The notes below the pieces were generated by a model that did no database searches, was not told the DNA's origin, and saw only the letters and a list, made by a program, of their open reading frames with translations. Shown in pieces: positions 16,900-29,549 of a stretch of 64,000 bases of DNA (its first letter is position 1; each line of letters opens with the position of its first letter). The translations under genes were made by a program, and so were the position numbers. The stretch is from Vicugna vicugna (Eukaryota): assembly GCA_013265495.1 (NCBI GenBank), contig MU058540.1, positions 457,696 through 521,695 on the forward strand, written 5' to 3'.

Positions 16900-18303
16900 A
16901 TGGATACTTCGACGCCTTTGCCTTCCGTAGCTCCCTCCCCGGGCTGCAACCCAGCCCCACGGACGATCCAGATCGAGTTCCCTCAGCATAGCTCATTGCT
17001 TCTAGAAGCCCTGAACCGCCACAGGCTAGAGGGAAAGTTCTGTGACGTGTCCCTCCTGGTGCAGGGCCGCGAACTTAGGGCTCACAAAGCGGTGTTGGCT
17101 GCCGCCTCTCCTTACTTCCATGACAAGCTTCTTCTGGGGGATGCGCCACGGCTCACTCTGCCCAGCGTCATCGAAGCCGATGCCTTCGAGGGGCTGCTCC
17201 AGCTCATTTATTCAGGGCGCCTCCGTCTGCCACTGGACGCTCTCCCCGCACACCTCCTTGTGGCCAGTGGCCTCCAAATGTGGCAAGTAGTAGATCAGTG
17301 CTCAGAGATTTTGAAAGAACTAGAAAACTCAGGTGGTGGAATTTCAACCCGGGGGGCACCCCCCTTCCACACACTTCTTTCCACCACATCCTCTGCAGGA
17401 GGCTGGTGCATTCGCTCTGCCCCTTTCCAGACCCCAGCGCAGTCTTCTGCTTCTACCGAGAGCCCCGTTGTAGGGGAGGGGAGTGAACTGGGAGATGTGT
17501 TGCAGATTCAAGTTGAAGAGGAGGAGGAGGAGGAGGAAGAAGATGAGGAGGATCAGGGATCAGCAGCACCGTCTCAGGCTCCTCAACCTCAGAGAGGATC
17601 AGGGAGTTTTCCCCACCCTTCTGGATCCCACCCACTGCCTGTATCCACTACTCCCCGCAGGCTTCCAGAGGGTGAGAGTACGCCACTTGAGCCTCCTGCC
17701 TCTCACACTGCACTGCCCCCCAAGATCTTCTTCGTTAAGCAGGAACCCTTTGAGCCCAAGGAAGAGATATCAGGAGGTGGAACTCAGTCTGGAGGAGCAA
17801 AGGAGGAAACCAAAGTGTTTCCTGGAGGGGACACTGAAGGGAATGGAGAGCTAGGATTCTTGCTGCCATCAGGAACAGGAACAACGTCTGGAGGAGGTGG
17901 TCCATCCTGGAAACCAGTGGATCTTCATGGGAATGAAATCCTGTCAGGGGGTGGGGGGCCTGGGGGAGCAGGGCAGGCTGTGCATGGGCCTGTGAAGCTA
18001 GGTGGGGCACCCCCTGCAGATGGAAAACGCTTTGGTTGTTTGTGTGGGAAGCGGTTTGCCGTGAAGCCAAAGCGTGACCGGCACATCATGCTGACCTTCA
18101 GCCTTCGGCCCTTTGGCTGTGGCATCTGCAACAAGCGCTTCAAGCTGAAGCACCATCTGACAGAGCACATGAAGACCCATGCTGGAGCCTTGCATGCCTG
18201 TCCCCACTGCGGCCGTCGGTTCCGTGTCCATGCCTGTTTCCTTCGCCACCGGGACCTGTGCAAAGGCCAGGGCTGGGCCACTGCTCACTGGACTTATAAG
18301 TGA
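16900..18303 (+). CDS. ZBTB9: Zinc finger and BTB domain-containing protein 9 (single coding exon, 467 aa)
   Basis: Kozak gccATGg; BTB domain (LLEALNRHRLEGKFCDVSLLV...HKAVLAAASPYF); poly-E tract; C-terminal C2H2 fingers; directly downstream of SYNGAP1 as in other mammals. Confidence 0.97.
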   Translation: MDTSTPLPSVAPSPGCNPAPRTIQIEFPQHSSLLLEALNRHRLEGKFCDVSLLVQGRELRAHKAVLAAASPYFHDKLLLGDAPRLTLPSVIEADAFEGLLQLIYSGRLRLPLDALPAHLLVASGLQMWQVVDQCSEILKELENSGGGISTRGAPPFHTLLSTTSSAGGWCIRSAPFQTPAQSSASTESPVVGEGSELGDVLQIQVEEEEEEEEEDEEDQGSAAPSQAPQPQRGSGSFPHPSGSHPLPVSTTPRRLPEGESTPLEPPASHTALPPKIFFVKQEPFEPKEEISGGGTQSGGAKEETKVFPGGDTEGNGELGFLLPSGTGTTSGGGGPSWKPVDLHGNEILSGGGGPGGAGQAVHGPVKLGGAPPADGKRFGCLCGKRFAVKPKRDRHIMLTFSLRPFGCGICNKRFKLKHHLTEHMKTHAGALHACPHCGRRFRVHACFLRHRDLCKGQGWATAHWTYK

Positions 18304-19973
18304 CTGCTCAGGCCACATGCTAGCTTCCAGGACAAGGGAGCCACTGCTGCTGATGGATACTTCACCACTATGGCATCCCAGTCCTGGATCTTGTCATCAT
18401 GCCAAGAGAATAGCTATGTTATGGATTTCTTGTTTTGGGGTGTTGGCCTCAATCTGGCAGTTTTGGAAACTGTTTTCTCATGTCCAGGTTTTTGCTATAC
18501 AGGAAGGTGGGTTTACAGGCTATACATAAATTGGTCACTTGCCCATAATCTTTTCGTACAGGAAACCAGATTTCAGATTAGTTTATTTGATGAGAGAGAA
18601 ACTAGAGCACAAAACATGATAAATGTTTCATTCAGTCTCTATGAGTAATTAAAGGAGCTGGTCTCCATCTAGAGATATGTTTGATTCAGAGTTCTAGTAA
18701 TTCAGAGACTAAGCTCTTAAGTTTTTCTCTCCTTTGTCATTACTGTAATTATGTGAGTAGAGTTTTTATATACTTTCTTTTGTTATATCTTTCCAGAAGC
18801 CCTTCAGAATTGCTTTCTCACTGGTAGATACTTTTCCAACACCTGTATTTTTCATGTTGTAGTTGAGCACTTTAACAAATTGAACATTCCACGTGTCATG
18901 TAGAACTCTCATTAATAGTCTGTGCCTCTTGCCCACCACTGGTCACACATACATTCATCACAATAACTGGAATGTGACCAGTGAACTCGGGAGATGGCCA
19001 CTGACCTAACATGCTCTCAGGGTAGGAACACTGCTCTGAACAAGTGGCCATGAGCAGTGGGACTCAGGGCTGAGATGGCATACGCTAAAGGCTAGAGAAT
19101 AACTGCACAGTGGGACCACACCCCCTTCCTTTTCATCCCCAACTACACATTACCTTGGTCAACAGGTAACGGGGTAGATAATGTAACGGGGAGATTGTCA
19201 TAGGTTACTTAATTTCTTCAAATAAACTTTGCCCTAGAATGTATGCCAGTAGTAGACTGAATTGAGTCATTATGTGGGAGAGACAATGTGAGAACAGAGT
19301 TGCAAAGACTTGGATGTATTCCTTATGCAGCTGGGTTATGTCGATGGGGGAAGAAATGGGATGGTTTTCACAGATACGGAGAACGCTGTCCTGGACTTCA
19401 GTGAGCCAGATTCTCAGCCCTGACCTGCCAGTGAATGACCTCTGGTAAGTTGCCTTGTCTCTCAAAGTCTGAACTGTTTTATCAACTTACTGTTTTTTTT
19501 GATGAGGTGGTATGTACCTCCTAACTGGTTCTCAGTCGTCCATTTTTTTTACGGGGTTAGTTCACATGATCTTTACCTATAATATTCTCTGACTCCATGT
19601 ATTATGAATATTGTTTGGTTATTGTTTGGTCTGTTATACATTTAGTGCAAAGCACTGTACTAGATCCTGAGTTATACTCTACTCTCAAAAGGATTTACAA
19701 CTACTACCAAAGCTAGACAAACAATGACAATGTGGTATAGTAAGTCCATGATAGTGGGCAGTATAAGCTACTATAGTGGCACAAAGGAAGCCAAGCAAAG
19801 ACCTATTAAAGGTCACCAGAGGTTTCACAAAGAACTCCATTGCCAGAGTATGGCAATGGGTGTGGGTGGCTAAACTGATGTGGAAAAGGTGGGCATGAGT
19901 TGAAGTCACAACTATAGGGCCAACAGTGACAGCCTTTACCAAAGCATGTTCCTCAAAAGTTAATTAGGTGTGA

Positions 19974-20115
19974 GGGGGGAGGGTATACCTCAAGTGGTAG
20001 AGCACATGCTTAGCATGCATGAGGTCCTGAGTTCAATCCCTAGTACCTCCATTAAAAAATAACTAATAATAATAGTAAATAAATATACCTAGTGACCACT
20101 CCCTGCTGAAAAAAG
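19974..20115 (+). mobile_element. tRNA-Ala-derived camelid-type SINE
   Basis: gggggagggtatacctcaagtggtagagcacatgcttagcatgcatgaggtcctgagttcaatccc with A/B boxes and an A-rich tail. Confidence 0.85.
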
Positions 20116-21619
20116 TTATTAGATATGGTACCTAAAGGGGCTAAAAAATGTGAAGGCTGAGTACTTCTTATGGCTGAGAAGGTGAATTCTAGCTGGGATC
20201 TGTCAGCCTTTCTAAAAAGCCTTGCCATGATACCATCTCTATGGTAAGGACTGTGACCACAGTGAGAAAGGGGTCAGGGATGGGGGTTGCCAGTCTTGGC
20301 TCTACTACAATCCCACCCACCTGTCACTCTTTTGGCACACATTCTGTAGATGACTTTATCTCTTGGTCAGGATCCTTGGGTTGCAAGCAAGGGAAGCTAG
20401 CTCTGAATAACCTTATCAAAAAGAGTCAGGTGGCTCCTAGAATGGAAGGAAAGGCTAAAAGACAGCCTTGTCAGACCTGGGTCAGCTCCAGCGGCTTGGG
20501 GCAGGAATTCCTGGGGAATTCTTCAAGTCATATGCTTAGGGATGATGACTCAATCAGTCTTACTTCTTGTGTCACTCATCTCCAGATAAAATTTCCCAGG
20601 AGAGAACTCTGAGCCTCAAGTCCACCCTCTGGTTAGAGCACCTTGATCATATGTTCCATTGAGGCAACAAATCCTGGAATCCTCAAGGGGAAATTGAAGT
20701 CCTGAGACAGCAGAGTAGGGAATGAGTGCTGGCCAACCCACAGGAACAGGTGCCCACCCATACAGTCTCTGTATGTTGCCAATCTTGGGATCTGTAAAGC
20801 TTCAGATATACCTGGCACTTAACAGATGTTCAAGAAATACTGAACCTGCCCAGCCCTCTGAACTTATGGCAGGATTGCTTTCTCCCCATAGCATTAAAGA
20901 GTTTAATCCCCATAGCACTTCACTACTTCAATAAATCCAATTAAAAGCCATGTTAGAAAGTGTTGGGGGTTTTTAAATTTAATTTAAAAGTATAACAGAG
21001 AAATGGAGTTCCATCATGAAAGATTTTGGTTTAAACTGACTTAAACGTGCACCTCTGCTTCTGTCCTTGCCTCCTTATAGTGGGAGAGATGTCCCTTCTA
21101 CTGTCTAAGGCTAGCTCCCTTCCCAGAGCTTTGCTCTTTAATTATCCTCTGTGTCCTGTATCTTCACTCTCTATCTCTGTAGTTCTTCATTAGCATTTAA
21201 TACATTCACAGAGTTTGAGAATTAATACATGTAAAGTACTTAGGAACAGTGCCTTGCACTCGGTAAACTCAATAAATGTCAGCTATTAGTATGAGTGAGA
21301 ACATTAGTTCCCCACACCTTAACAGGGATCAGTTCTCTCAGGGAGGGATCATATACATAAAGGGAAAATATTTTCAACTTAAAGGGAAATGAGGCATACA
21401 GCACTCAGTAAGGATTAGATGTTATCATTTTTAATACCTTTCTCAAATGCTAGTGTTTTACATGGCTCTTTTCACCATCTTTTAACTGTACACTCTTGGG
21501 TGATTTTTATCCACTTTTCTGTGTTAAACTATTTAAATACCAATGATCCATAGTTTTATATCTCCAGTTTCCTGACCCCCTGCCCCCCCACCACTGCCAG
21601 ACCCCCTTAGATTTCTTCC

Positions 21620-23545
21620 CTCTTTCATTCCTTCCTTTAACAATAAGCACCTGCTGTGTACCAGGCACTGATGGAAAAAGCAGAAGTATCACAGGAGCTT
21701 GGACCCTGGATCATCACTTTAATAGAGACAGATGTTTAAACCAGCTATGTAGGTGCTTCATAGATATCTCAAAACTCAACATGTCTAAAATACCCTACCC
21801 TACCTCTAGCCAGCTGCCCCTCCATTGTTTCCAGATTTAGTGATGGTTCCACCATCCACCCAAGTGTCCAAGACTAAAATAAGAGTGTCCCTGGACACCT
21901 ATCTCAGCTCCTGTACCTGTCCTACCAATGTTATTGACTAAATATTTCAAGTTGAAGCCTGCCTTCATTTTCACTGCTTCTGCTGTCACCTCCCACCTGG
22001 TTGTTTCCATCTTGCTTCCCTTTATACTTCACTGTACACACTATGGCCAGAGTGATCTTTCTAAAGCAAAAAGTACTGTTTCATCAGCTCTCCAGCTTAA
22101 ACCTTTCATTTGCTTCCTCTTAATTTTTCATGAAGTCCAAATGATCTGGTCCCAATTACTACAATCTCATCATTCATTATTGTCTCCCCTAGGCCTTTGC
22201 TTTTCCTGCCCCCCCCATGCTCATCTCTCTTCCTAGAATAGTTACCTACCTAGAAATATCCCCAGTGGACTAATTCCTAATCTCTTCAGATACCAGTTTA
22301 AACATCACTTCTAGAAATCTCCCTGGCCATTAGGTTTAGGGTAGGACCTCTGCTATGTGTTCTAACAGCTTTTATTTCCCCATATCATGAGCCTTTCTTG
22401 GACTTTCCTTTACTCAGTAAGTAAATACGTGGGTGCTGGTTTAGGCACGGTGGACATTGTTTGGATTACATTCCAGTGCTAGAAAGGAAAGAAACCAGGT
22501 AATAAGGTGGAGAGTAACAAGGAAGGCATACTGAGCACATTGATCTAGTATTCAAAGGAAAAGAAAGAACCAGTCATGCAAAGCAGGGCAAGGAAAATGG
22601 TTCCAGTAAAGTGTTGAGCAGATGCAAAGGTCAAGAAAGAGAAAAGGAGGTGTGTTTGACATACCAGTGGGCCTGGAGAGGAATGAGATTGTCTTAGTCC
22701 ATTTGGGCATCTGTAACAAAATACCACAAACTGGGTGGCTTCTAAACAACAGAAATTTACTTCTCATAGTTCTGGAGACTGGGAAGTCCAAGATCAAGCA
22801 CCAGAAGATTCAGTGTCATGAGGACCTGCTTCCTGGTTCATAAACAGTCATCTTCTGTCTATCTCCACATAGTGGAAAGAGAAAGGGAGCTCTCTAGGGT
22901 CTCTTTTATAAGAGCACTGATCCCATTCATGATGGCTTCACCTTCATGACCTAATTACTACCCCAAAGCCTTAACCACCTAATACCATCACATTGGGGAT
23001 TAGGATTTCAACATGTGAATTTGGGGGGACATAAATATTCAGTTCGTTGCAGATGTGACTGAAGAAGTAGGCTGAGGCTGGGCTATATAGAGCCTTTCAG
23101 ATTGTCATAAGAAATTTGGATTTTATTCTAAATGCAATGGGAAGGCAATAAAGAGTTTAAAGCAGGGGAGTAATTGTCTTTTCGCATTTTAAACACATTC
23201 CTATAGCTACAGAGCTAATAATGGATCATTAGGGGGCAAGAGTGGAAGCAGGGAGACCAATTAGAGTATTCCATTAGTGCAGACAAGAGGTGGGTAAAGT
23301 AGATATGGAGAAAAGAGATGGATTAAAGCTATTATATTTCAAGGTAGGACTGACACAGGACATTATAACATTAATACAGGGATTTGGGAAAGTAATAAAT
23401 TAAGAAAGATTTCTAGAATTTTGTCTTGAACAGTTGAATTAGAGGCCATTTAGTGAGTGGAAGACAGGAATGGAACTTGGGAGTGGATGAAGAGTTCTCT
23501 CTGAATGACTGGAAACTGTCCAATAGGCAGCTAGATGTACTTGAC
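21620..23545. mobile_element. L2 LINE fragments (both orientations), interrupted by MLT1
   Basis: L2 motifs: tctcaaaactcaacatgtctaaaa, ccagagtgatctttctaaagc, tttggattttattctaaatgcaatgggaagg, gcagggagaccaattag. Confidence 0.6.
22690..23050 (-). mobile_element. MLT1A-like LTR
   Basis: tgtcttagtccatttggg...aacaaaataccacaaactgggtggc...gaagtccaagatcaag...ggatttcaacatgtgaatttgggggg. Confidence 0.8.
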
Positions 23546-23556
23546 CGGTGTTCTTC

Positions 23557-24310
23557 TAGACCAAGGATTGGCAAAATTACTCTATAAAGGATCAGATAGT
23601 AAACACTGGGCTTTGCATGCCAAGAAGCAAAGTCAAGGATATTATATACATACATAAAAATTAAGGAAAACAAATTTCTACAAATTTTTATTGACAAAAT
23701 TCAAAATATAATAATTGAGTATAATTTTTTGTAACACAGTTCTGTTGCTTAAGTGGGGTTCAGAGTCAGTGTTTCTGATTATTAAAATCAATTGCAAATA
23801 TTCATGTATTAGTACTGATTTATAATGAGATTTTGTATATTTAATCTTTGAAAATGTCTTCACACAGATACTACTTCCAAATACTGATATCAATCCAAGA
23901 GCATATGAGTTTAATTGAGCATATTTATCACATGAAAGGCATTTATAGAATTCTGTCATTTATATTCTCTTGATACTTGCCTTTTATCACATCATTACAT
24001 TGTAGATTAGTCACATCCAAAGTTGAAGGTTAGGTGGAAGCTCCTTAATTGTACAACTAAAATATAGAAATTTCCTTTGACTTGCACTGAGATCTGAAAA
24101 GCATTGCTGGAACTGTAGTTTGAGCTCAGGAAATGTATTTACTGCAAATTTGTGTGGGAATGGAGATCTTGCTTCTTGTTCTTGACATTGCCTGCAATTC
24201 AAACAGCTGTAATGACTTGGCAGCAATGTATGGTTTGCATACAAGCTCTGTTTTGCCTTGTAATTTTTTGCCTTGTAAGAAACGGTACTACGTCTACAGC
24301 AGGCGTCCAC
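23557..24310 (-). mobile_element. hAT-Charlie family DNA transposon remnant (Cheshire/MER58-like end plus transposase C-terminus)
   Basis: End motif caaggattggcaaaa...aaaggatcagatagtaaa; minus ORF EFYKCLSCDKYAQLNSYALGLISVFGSSICVKTFSKIKYTKSHYKSVL resembles the hAT dimerisation motif FGSTYLCE.TFS.MK..K...RS.L. Confidence 0.7.
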
Positions 24311-24735
24311 TGACCAAAGTATGGGTAAACAAAATATGATATATACATACAATAGAATGTTACTCAGCTTTAAAAAGGAAGGAAATTCTTACCCATACTC
24401 CAACATGGGTGAACCTTGAAGACATTAAGTGAAGTAAGCCAGTCACAAAAGGACAAACACTGTATGACTCTCTTTATATGAGGGATTTACAGAGTGGTCA
24501 AGTTCATAGAGACAGAAAATAAAACAGTTGCTGATAGAGGCTGGAGAGAGCAGGAAATGGGACATTATTGGGTACAGAGTTTCAATTTGAAAGATGAAAA
24601 AAGTTCTGCAGATAGATGGTGGTGATGGTTGCACAACAACGTGAATGTACTTAATGCCACTGAATCACACATTTAAAATGGTTTAAATTGTAAATTTTGT
24701 GATATATATTTTACCACAATAAAAACATAAATAAA
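24310..24735 (+). mobile_element. Old L1 (L1MB-like) 3' end
   Basis: aaaaggaaggaaattct...tgaaccttgaagacatta...gttctgcagatagatggtggtgatggttgcacaaca...caataaaaa. Confidence 0.75.
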
Positions 24736-25675
24736 TGAACCACTAGTGAACTAATGAATCTAGGCACTGAGCATCAGTGGCTGCTAATACCACAAAAAAG
24801 AAACAACCAGACATGATGAGCTTCTTATGGAAAGCACCAACACCACCTATTAGTTTGGCCAAAAATATCAAACATGAATGTGATCAAGCCTCAAGATATA
24901 GCTATCAATTCACAGAAAATACAGAAGACAGGGAAACATGTTAAACTATACCACAGTGGTGCAAAAAGCAAAATGGGGTCTAAGAAATTCTGGGGAACAA
25001 ACAGCAAATTTTCTTCAGAAAAAAAAAAGTTGCAAGGGGAAAAAAGGGATGGAAGGAAACCTGTAGTTTCAAAGATTTTAAGACATATTAACCAATCATA
25101 ATGTGTGGACCTCATTTGGATCATAGCTTTTAGAAAAAGACTTTTTTTTTTTAAAGTATGACCTTTATGACACAACTGTGGTTTTAGCCACTGACTGGAA
25201 ATTTGAAGATATCAGGAGTTACTGTTAAAATTATTAGTTGTGATAATGATATTGTGAGTTAAGTCTTTTGATGGCATTGGTTACTTATGGATAGACACAT
25301 TTGTCTATAGTTGTGAACTGAATAAAAATACCAAATACACACATATGAGCTCAAGAGAACTGTATTAATTATAATTAGTATACATATATAGTCAAGTTAT
25401 AAAAGATTGAGAAATAAATTTGGAAATAGTTATATACTTTTAAGAACATCTAATCAGAAATTTTATATTACAAACACATTCTGGTTACTAGTGTTACATT
25501 CTTTTTGCTTGTATTATGCAGCTTCTGATAAACCCAGACTGCTGGAAGTTGCATTTTTGAACGTGATTCTTCTGCTCTTGTCATGATCATGATCCCTTGG
25601 AAGCAACAGCAATTATTCTGTCTACATGATCTAAAATTTCCTTTAAAGATTTATTGTCAAGTATCAGTGGCTCTT

Positions 25676-26063
25676 TGTATTAGTCTTAGAGGGCTGCCAT
25701 TGCAAAATTCCACAGGCTGTGTGGCTTAAACAAGAGATACTTATTTTCTCACAGTTCTGGAGACTGTAAGTTCAACATTAAGATGCCAGCAGATTTGGTT
25801 TCTCCTGAGACCTGTGTCCTTGGCTAGCAGACTGCTGCCTTCTCGCTGGGTCCTCATGTGACCCCTCTCTGTGCACATGCACTCCCGGTGTCTCTATTCA
25901 TGCAAAGACACTCCTCATACTAGATTAGCCCCCCCCCCACCTATGACTTCATATAGCCTTAATTACCTCTTTAAAGGCCTTATCTCCAAATACAGTCACA
26001 TTGAGCATTAGAGTTTCAACATACAAATTTGGAGGGGGCGGAGACACAGTTCAGTCCATAACA
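25676..26063 (-). mobile_element. MLT1 LTR
   Basis: tgtattagtc...gggctgccat...ggcttaaacaa...ctcacagttctggag...tctccaaatacagtcacattg...cagtccataaca. Confidence 0.8.
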
Positions 26064-27228
26064 CTGCTCTTCCTCCAACTTAGTTCCCTCCAGTATTATT
26101 CCTTCTAGTTGAATGTGTTTCTTGGAAGGAACATGGTAAAGCTTTCCAGAATCAACAGCAGTTTAATTATTAGTCTTTATTTTCTCACACACAGGAAATA
26201 AGATATTCATAGTAAATCGGAATGTATGTATGGCCACCCATATGCCCTTTATGCTTTCACCTCTTAATAGACTTTTTCACTTCCAATATACACATTTCTA
26301 AAGGTTTAATACTTTAAGTTCTCACTTTTAGGTGACCCATTTTGAGTTGATTTTTGTGTATTATGTGGGGTAAGGCTCCACATTCATTATTTTGCATGTG
26401 CATTGTCTAATGTCCCTTCATTTCAGCCTGAAGCATTTCTTATAGAGCAGGTCTCCTGGCATTTAACTCCATCAGTTTTTGTTTTTCTGGGACTGTCTTA
26501 ATATTTTCTGTGTTCTTGAAAGATAGTTTTCCTGGATATAAAATTCTTGGTTGACAGGTTTCCCCCCTCCAGCACTTTAATTATGTCATCCCACTGCTTT
26601 TTGGCCTCAATGGTTTTCTGATTAACAATTGGCTTTTAATTCTTACTGATTATCTCTTGCATATTATAATTCACTTCTCTCTTGCTGCTTTCAGGATTCT
26701 CTATTTTCAGCTTTCAACAGTTTGATTATATGTCTCAATATGGAACTCTGCATTGATCCTACTTGGAGTTTGTTGAGCTTCTGGAATGTACAGATTCATG
26801 TCTTTTATCAAATTGATGTGGGGGTGTTCAGCTATTAATTCTTCAAAATTTTTTTTCTGTCCATTTCTCTCTTTCCTCTCCTTCTTGGGACTCGCATACA
26901 TTGGTATGTCTGACAGTGTCTCACAGGTCTCTTAGGCTCTGTTCATTTTTCTTCGTACTTTTTTCTTTCTGTTCCTCAGATTGGATAATTTCATTTGACC
27001 TATTTTTAAGTTCACTGATTCTTTCCTCTGTCTGCTCAAATTAGCTGTTGAAATCCTCTAGTGAATTTTTCATTTCAGTTAGTGTACATTTCAACTTCAG
27101 AATTGCTATTTGCTTCCTTTTTATCATTTATATCTATTGATATTCTCCTTTTTCTCCCCTGTGAGTGGGCCTAACTTCCTTGTCTCTTTGCTTGCTTCAT
27201 AGATTTTATTAAAAACTGTACATCTTGA

Positions 27229-27340
27229 GGGGGAGGGTATAGCTCAAGGGGTAGATTGTGTGCTTAACATGCAAGAGATCCTGGGTGCAATCCCCAGTAC
27301 CTCCATTAAAAAATTAATAAATAAATAAACCTAATTCTAC
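27229..27340 (+). mobile_element. tRNA-Ala-derived SINE
   Basis: gggggagggtatagctcaaggggtag...cctgggtgcaatccccagtacctcc followed by a (taaa)n tail. Confidence 0.85.
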
Positions 27341-27346
27341 ACACAG

Positions 27347-27380
27347 GCGCGCGCGCGCGCACACACACACACACACACAC
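27347..27380. repeat. (GC)7(AC)10 compound microsatellite
   Basis: Read directly. Confidence 0.95.
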
Positions 27381-28277
27381 AAAGGAAAGGAAAAGAAAAA
27401 TGGGCATTTGAATATTATGGAAAACAAAAAGAAAAGGAAAGAAAAGGAAAGGAAAATTCTCTCTAGGTCTTTCCAGATTGGCTCTGGGTTGGGAAAATTC
27501 CTTCAATGCTTAACCAGGCCATTTACAACTCTTTCTTGGCCTTCACTTCCTGTTTGCACTGAGCGTAAAGACCATTCAGAGGTGAACGCTTATGCTCTTC
27601 TTAGGTCTTTTCTGAGCATACATCCTGCCTTGGGCATGTGTGTGGATTTCTAGGTTCCCCGATATATATGGGAAATTTCCAAGTCCCCTGTTGCCCCCAA
27701 AATCTTATTCCCTGGCTTTTCCTCTCAGGTTTTGGCATGTCTGTTGTTTGTTCTCTTATATTTTGCCCCAGGTGGCACAGCTTGTTCATTTGTCTTTCAG
27801 TGTTTTCAAAAAATGTCTGTATAACTTCTCTGCTCTGATAGATTTCTAAGATAGGCAGAACAGAGGAAGCCTCTTATATTAGTCCTTCAGGGAATCCCTA
27901 GTCAGGTCAAAACATACAAATACAATTAGGAAAGAAATCTACTCTGCTCCCTCTGGAACCAGGAACCGCACTGGGAACAAGAGCTGCCATTTTCAAGATT
28001 GTAAAAATGTCGGGGGGGGAGGGGGGGGGGAGTTGGGGGTGGGCAGGACTAGTTAAAACACCTTGAAGTTCTCCACCCTGTTACAGAGGCCTTTCCTCTG
28101 CTTAAGCATTCACTTGGTTGCTGTAAATTTCTCTCACTACCTTCCAGATTTTATAAGGTTGATTCTGACAATTTTTGACTGTTTTGGGGTTTTTTTTTGA
28201 TATTTCTGGGGAGTGCTGACCCCCAAAGTTTCCCATTCGCTTGTTTTCACTCATGTCACTCACAGTGATGTTTTGAA

Positions 28278-28368
28278 TTTTTTTTTTTAAATGGAGTTAC
28301 TAGGAATTGAACCCAGGACCTCATGTATGCTAAGCATGTGCTCTAACACTGAGCTATACCCAGCCCCC
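28278..28368 (-). mobile_element. tRNA-Ala-derived SINE
   Basis: Reverse complement of the SINE head (gaattgaacccaggacctcatgtatgctaagcatgtgctctaacactgagctatacc) preceded by poly-T. Confidence 0.85.
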
Positions 28369-28919
28369 TACCCTTGAACTCTTAATTGTAGAAATCTAGT
28401 ACATCTTTTGTTAGATACTTTTCTGGGTATTTGATGTAATTATAAATGGTATTTTTAAAAATCTTATTTTCTAATTAAAAATTGCTAATATATAAAAATG
28501 CAATTTTTAAAAATATTTGATCCAGAGATCAAACTAAATTTACTTATTAATTCTAATAGTTTCTATGTGGATTCTTTTGGATTTTCTATGTCATCTTTGA
28601 ATAATGACACTTTAATTTTTCTTTCCAACCCTCTGCCTTTCATTAATTTTTCTTGCGTTATTATAAAGGACCTCTAATACAATTGACAGTACAATTAAAT
28701 TGATATGGGGATAGTGAACATCCTTTTTCACATCTGACCCTGTGGGGAAAACTTTCAATATTTCACTATTGACTATGATGGTTGCGAAGATTTTCTTAAG
28801 AATACTTCTTTAGGTTTCTGTAAGTGTCCTTGCTGTGCTGAATAGAGAAAATGACAGGCTCAAGCTAACCAGCTACAAACTCAGGAAAAGTATGAGAGCC
28901 AGAATGCCTCAATGGTAGT

Positions 28920-29545
28920 ATTTTTTTATTTTAATTGAACTATAGTCAGTTACAATGTGTCAGTTTCTGGTGTACAGCGTAATGTCCCAGTCATGCATAT
29001 ATATATCAGTAGTAGCTGTCTTTATATTCTTTTTCATTAAAGGTTATTGTAAGATATTGAATATAGTTCCCTGTGCTGTACAGAAGAAATTTGTTTTTTT
29101 AAATCTATTTTTATATATAGTGGTTAACATTTGCAAATCTCAAACTCCCAAATTTATCCCTTCTGACCCCCTCTCCCCTAGTAATCATAAGATTGTTTAC
29201 TATGTCTGCGAGTCTGTTTCTATTCTGTAGATGAGTTCGTTAGTGTTCTCTTTTTTCTTTCTTTCTTTCTTTTTTTTTTTTAGATTCCACATATTAGTGA
29301 TATCATATGGTATTTTTCTTTCTCTTTCTGGCTTCACTTAGAATGACAATCTTCAGGTCCCATCCATGTTGCTGCAAATGGCATTATTTTATTCTTTTTT
29401 TTAATCACTGAGTAATATTCCATTGTATAAACATACCACAACTTCTTTATCCAGTCATCTGTCAGTGGACATTTAGGTTGCTTCCATGTCTTGACTATCG
29501 TATATAGTGCTACTATGAACATTGGGGTGCATGTTTTTTCTTTTA
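28920..29545 (-). mobile_element. Younger L1 3' end
   Basis: Minus ORF ...TCTPMFIVALYTIVKTWKQPKCPLTDDWIKKLWYVYTMEYYS is the L1 ORF2 C-terminus; T-rich tail. Confidence 0.85.
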
Positions 29546-29549
29546 AAGA

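Larger units (their letters stand above)
26300..28800 (-). mobile_element. Degraded L1 fragments (ORF1/5' and ORF2 pieces) with SINE insertions
   Basis: Minus ORF 26707-26901 KKNFEELIAEHPHINLIKDMNLYIPEAQQTPSRIN is L1 ORF1p-like; T-rich antisense L1 composition. Confidence 0.7.

Noticed and set aside
16077..16989. Overlapping long ORFs on both strands at the ZBTB9 promoter
   Set aside because: Expected in a GC-rich CpG island; no recognisable domains
18648..18653. ATTAAA as the ZBTB9 polyA signal
   Set aside because: Plausible but cannot be distinguished from other weak candidates without 3'-end data
19974..20050. tRNA-Ala gene calls at SINE heads
   Set aside because: Extra 5' bases, stem-breaking mutations, A-rich tails and TSDs mark them as SINEs
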